DNA of 64,000 nucleotides from assembly GCF_009914755.1 (NCBI RefSeq), contig NC_060930.1; one strand, 5' to 3'. This document shows positions 59,264 to 64,000 of the stretch, piece after piece (the first letter of the stretch is position 1; each line of letters begins with the position of its first letter). The position numbers and the translations under genes were made by a program. Below the pieces are notes generated by a model that was not told the origin of the DNA, made no database searches, and worked only from the letters and a program-made list of their open reading frames with translations. This DNA comes from the human T2T-CHM13v2.0 reference genome, Homo sapiens.

Positions 59264-59564
59264 TTTTTGTTTGTTTGTTTGTTTCTTTTGAGATGGAGTC
59301 TCACTCTGTCACCCAGGCTGGAGTGCAGTGACATGATCTCACTGCAACTTCGGCCTCCCGGGTTTAAGCAATTCTCCTGCCTCAGCCTCATGAGTAGCTG
59401 GGATTACAGGCATGCACCACCACGCCTGGCTAATTTTTGTATTTTTAGTAGAGATGGGGTTTCACATGTTTGCCAGGCTGGTCTCAAACTCCTGGCCTCA
59501 AGTGAGCCACCCACCTCAGCCTCCCAAAGTACTGGGATTACAGGCATGAGCCACCGTGCCCAGC
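59264..59564 (-). mobile_element. AluS (Sz-like)
   Basis: Alu consensus; TSD taataatgttttt. Confidence 0.9.
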
Positions 59565-60529
59565 TAATAATGTTTTTTTAAAAAATCTCCTTTGTAATAT
59601 TTAGCTCGCCCCTCTCACCTCCAGTCTCAGCTCCCTTGGCCTTTGGTTGTATTTTCACTTTCCTCACAGTGCCATGGAACTTTCACATCTGTCTGTGACT
59701 GTGGGTGATTCTCTTATTCCCTTCCATGTTTATATAATTTAGTTTGTTAGACTTTTACTTTTCTTCCTTATTGGAATCCATTTGATACTTAGTCAAACTT
59801 ATGCCAGATAAAGTATTCTCAGTCTGTCCTATTCCACAGATACTTGTTAATTTATCTTTCTTCTTATGGTCTAAGGACAAACTGTTTGGGAGAAGGAAAT
59901 GGGAAGTGAGAATTTTTTTAAAGCTTATCCTAATTATCCATTCTTGTGATAACCACCATCCTTGGAACACTTGTCAATCTGTGCTCCTAAATATTTAAGG
60001 GGACATCTGCCTGTATTCATTCTTACCTCTCTTTCTTGGAATAAAGTGGTGTAAGATTTCAGGGCTCCTTTTGCCCAACATTCTTGACACTCCCACTTTT
60101 CAACCACATTTCCAAATTTATCAGCATTAGCTCCAGAGCATCAGTTGTCTCTTTGACTCCTTAAGATTTTGTCACTTGTCCTCATCTTAATCCATCGGAC
60201 CCCGTTTTGCAACACAAATGTCACCAAAAAGTCATCCTAAGCTTGTTTCTTAGCCAGACCATGTTAATTTCCTTCTCAGAACACTATTTTTGCTTTTCTT
60301 CAACTCTCCCCTTGGGTACGCCTCTCTGTCTTCCAAGACAGAGGGCAGGTTAAAACTCATAAGGGCATGATAGTAATTAAAGATGAATGAACCTCAAAAG
60401 AGTCAAGCTTACATGTAGTTTGAAGTCTTTAGTCACAATGTGTTTTTTCCCAACTAGAGTACAGTATAGAGCTAAGCACCTTGTTAAAATAATAGGGCAT
60501 GGTTTAACCAAATAACTCAGAAAGGGCAT

Positions 60530-60710
60530 TACTTTTTAATTTTTTAAATTTTTAATCTTTAATTTTTGTGGGTACATAGTAGGTATATACACTTATGGGG
60601 TATATGGGATATTTTGATACAGTCATACAATGTGTAGTAATCACATCAGGGTACATGAGGTATCCATGACCTCAAGCATATCCTTTGTGTTACCAATGAT
60701 CCAATTATAG
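60530..60710 (-). mobile_element. Short L1MA 3' end
   Basis: tttttgtgggtacatagtaggtatatacacttatggggtatatgggatattttgatacag. Confidence 0.75.
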
Positions 60711-60803
60711 AATGTTACTTCTGAATAAATTACCTCATTTCCTCAATATGGTGATTATTATTATAGTTATCCAGAATTAAGGTAATGGCCCTAATATACT
60801 GTG

Positions 60804-61040
60804 CAGGGCTGGGATGAGAGAGAAGTGGATGAGGGTTGGGTTGTACAACTGCAGAGTCAGAGCCCGTCTTCACTTGAAATTTTGATATTTTCTTCATCGT
60901 GGATTTTTTGCATTAATTTTGATACTTTTTAAATAGTTCATTAAAATATAGTATATCTTGATTACTGAGTTTTTTGGCATCACCTTAAATTTTGCACCCA
61001 AGGTGAGAGCCTCACTTGCCTCACCCTAGTTCCAACTCTG
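60804..61040. mobile_element. hAT MITE (MER96B-like)
   Basis: cagggctggga... start; ccttaaattttgcacccaaggtgagagcctcacttgcctcaccctagttccaactctg end. Confidence 0.65.
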
Positions 61041-62573
61041 ATTTCTGAGTGCCAGAGAATCATTTTTTATAAAGAGATAAATGGTGAATCCTTCCCAATA
61101 GGACAAAAACTTTTGAGCTTTGTTTTTGTTTTGTATTTCTTAGCAGTGAAGATGAGTTTACAAAAGCCCTCGTACACTTTTTTTCTCCTCTTGTCTTATA
61201 AAGACCAGCAACGTTTTGGAGCCTGTGATCTCAAATTTTTGACCCTAGCCCAGTGCAGGAAGGCCTATTTCACATAGTCCCACTCTAAAAAAGAACTTGG
61301 TGATAAAAAAAATTGAAAGAGAAGAGAAAAAATCTGTAGACCTGTTGCTAGCAGCTTTTGTGAACTGCTTTTTCTTCATAAGAGAAGATCCTGTAGTTAT
61401 ATTTATGATTTTAAGCTATAAAACTATTATACATCCTATAAATTTTTAAAAAATCCAGTAATTTAATTACATTTCCTTTGCTAGTATAATTCAAGTAATT
61501 CAAATGGCAAACATACAAAGCTCAGGCAAATTATCATAAATGAAGTTTTATTTTTCATCAGATTTCGAGGGGGTTATGTATAATTCTGCTCTAGAATAGG
61601 AATATTGATGATGGGCCTTGGAACTAGTTGTTGAAAATTATAAACTAAGGACCTGCATTATGGACTCTCTGTGGGTTAGCCCAACAACCCACAACAAACT
61701 AAACTGATTGTGAAGTTTAATCCGTAGTAATTTACCTTTAAAACCCATAGATGGCAAGAACTGAAAACCATGAAAAGTTCATGACTAATAACAAATTATA
61801 CGTCTTGGAGATGATTACATTTCTTACTATCAGGTAAGCAGAAACTTGTAGGTATTTGCAAACTAGGTAGCAGCTAGACTATATTGTAAAATACTGATTT
61901 AGTCTTCAAGAAAATCTGGTAACATGCTAATTTAAATTTATAAATGCTATATATGTTGTAAAATAAATTGCTCAATACGTAACTAGTAAATACCACTTAG
62001 TCACAATAAAAATTAAAGTCTAGGGAATTGTTAGTTGTTTGCTCATATGAGCCACAGAAATGGCTGGTATTTTCTGATAATTTGCTGACCATCCAGGAGG
62101 CCCATATTTGAGATTCACTGAGAGGGAACTCTCTGATTACACACTCTAGTATGAAGCTCCCTGACTCATATAGAATATAACCATGATTCATTAATTAACT
62201 CACTAATTCAACAAAGATGGGCAGAATGTCTCCTCCCCGTTGTCAGTGTATTAGGGGATAGGAATAAAAATATATATATTGCAAGGCTATGTTAAATGCC
62301 ATTTATCCTTTAAATATAGGCTACTTGGGGACACCCAAGGATGGGGACATGGATGGAGGAAGTAGTTGTTCAGGGCTTTTGCAGTTGTCGGCCTTCCCAA
62401 TACCCTTCTCCTGTTGTCAGGCGTATAACCCATGTGGCATATTTGTCAGAACTGGAAAGATCTCCTTCCTTTCTATGGAATCAGTGCCATGCTGCGACTC
62501 TATTTCAGCTCCCATTCCTTCACTAGTCAGGCACCCTTGTACACTACACCTTGTAAGCTACAACCTGCACGAC

Positions 62574-62934
62574 TGCAGTGAATTGAAGGTTTATATCCCC
62601 TCACATTCCAAAATTTGTATATTAAAACCCTAACCCCCCATGCGCTGGTATTAAGAGTTGTGGCCTTTGATTGGTGATTAGGTCAGAAAGGTGGAGCCCT
62701 CATGAATGGGATTACTACCTTTAGAAAAGGGATCCCAGAGGGCTCTCACACATGAGGATATAAGGAAAAGACAGAAGTCTGCAACCAGGAAGAGGACCCA
62801 CACCAGAACTTGACTGTGCTGGCACCCTGATCTCGAACTCTCAGCCTCCAGAACTGTGAGAAAAAAAGATTTTGTTGTTTATCAGCCACCCAGCCTATGG
62901 TACTTTGTTATAGCAGCCTGAATGAACCAAGACA
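62574..62934 (+). mobile_element. MaLR solo LTR (MLT1A-like)
   Basis: ggtggagccctcatgaatgggatta, gctggcaccctgatctcgaactctcagcctccagaactgtgag, ends aagaca. Confidence 0.8.
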
Positions 62935-64000
62935 GCAGTTCACAGTAGTCTCATGGGCTCTTCTTTCTCAACCTTAAGGTTTCTGTTCTTATGTCCTCTC
63001 CCCAAAGAGGACAACAATATGCCTTTTATTGTGTTTTCCTATTTTCTATGTTTCAAAGTACTTTTCAAACACCCACTCCAATTGGTCAGATGAAATACTT
63101 TTAAAATAAGAAAAAGCAGGTACTATTCTTTCTTTTTGATAATGTGTATAATCAGCCAGGTGAATGAATTTACCTAATAATTTTCACTAGGAACAGGAAA
63201 AGCCATGAACCATACAAGTTTGTCACTTAAATGTGTGACCTTGGGCTCTCCCTTCCAGGTGGCCCCTTCACCTTCTCTCCCCAACTCAAAGAGGCCTTCC
63301 GTATCCCATTCTTAAGGAATGTATTGCCCAGTTCATCACACCTAATTATGGGATGCTATATTTAGGAAATGCATATTGCCACAGGAAATTCTCTCCCTTG
63401 GAAAATAAGTTAAATGGAAGGATTCCCTGGGGGAAGCAGGGAGGATATTAGAAGCAGGTAGGTTTTTCAGTCCCTGAATTCACAGTATGAGGGTCTCCCA
63501 TGTGTGAGGGTCTCCTTCCACATACACCTCCCACAGTGTGAGGAGCCTTTCCCCCATGGAAGGCACTTGTGGTCACACAGAACATAACAGGAGGAGCTGG
63601 CAGCATGAATGAGGTTTTCTGAGACTAGTCAAAGAAGTTGGAGACAATCCATAAAGGTACCATACACCTCATTTTACTCCACACACACTTTTATACAGTG
63701 CTGGGCAAAGTCATGGTTTTAAGCTTATACAGTATGGGAGCTCACAACATAAAAGTATTTTACTGTAAAGCTCTTAATTAAGATACTACTAATCTAATTT
63801 GTCTCTTGGGTAAATCCATTTTCACAAATAAAATTTGTTTAAAATAACTTAGACATAACTTAGGTAGCAAATTAATTTAAGTATATACATCACTTATTGG
63901 TGTGTTTTCATTTACTTACTCAGAAAAGTAAACCTCTCCCTTTTTACAATGGCAGTTGGGTTTATTGCCATGACATTTAAAGGTCTTTTAAAAAGTTTTA

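Noticed and set aside
63488-63545. Short repeats tgagggtctcc x2 and gtgtgagg
   Set aside because: Too short and degenerate to interpret.

Overview
Human genomic DNA, recognisable as the TMEM30A-FILIP1 interval (6q14.1 from memory); a human-specific AluYb-lineage element supports the species call. Positions 1-15223 are TMEM30A intron 1 (minus strand). TMEM30A exon 1 (CDS 15224-15460) lies in a bidirectional CpG-island promoter that probably also drives a plus-strand divergent lncRNA. The rest of the window is the 3' end of FILIP1 (minus strand): a 2,806-nt coding exon (43175-45980), a proximal terminal exon (CDS 39469-39675) and a distal alternative last exon (CDS 26733-26773) that can be rebuilt from splice signals. 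A processed HMGB1 pseudogene split by an AluY sits in a FILIP1 intron. The remainder is mostly Alu, L1, L2, MIR, LTR and DNA-transposon relics and microsatellites. I see no prokaryotic-type or wholly new gene system. The best leads are regulatory or structural: three perfect tandem p53 half-sites in an LTR10 solo LTR in TMEM30A intron 1; splice-switchable FILIP1 C-termini; head-on poly(A) signals near 22680; a hairpin plus triplication that shares a 13-mer with a second duplication; a composite Alu inside one TSD; a poly(A)-only insertion; a 45-bp templated copy inside a TA tract; and a MER85 that lacks one TIR. Repeat subfamily names were assigned by eye and need RepeatMasker/Dfam confirmation.
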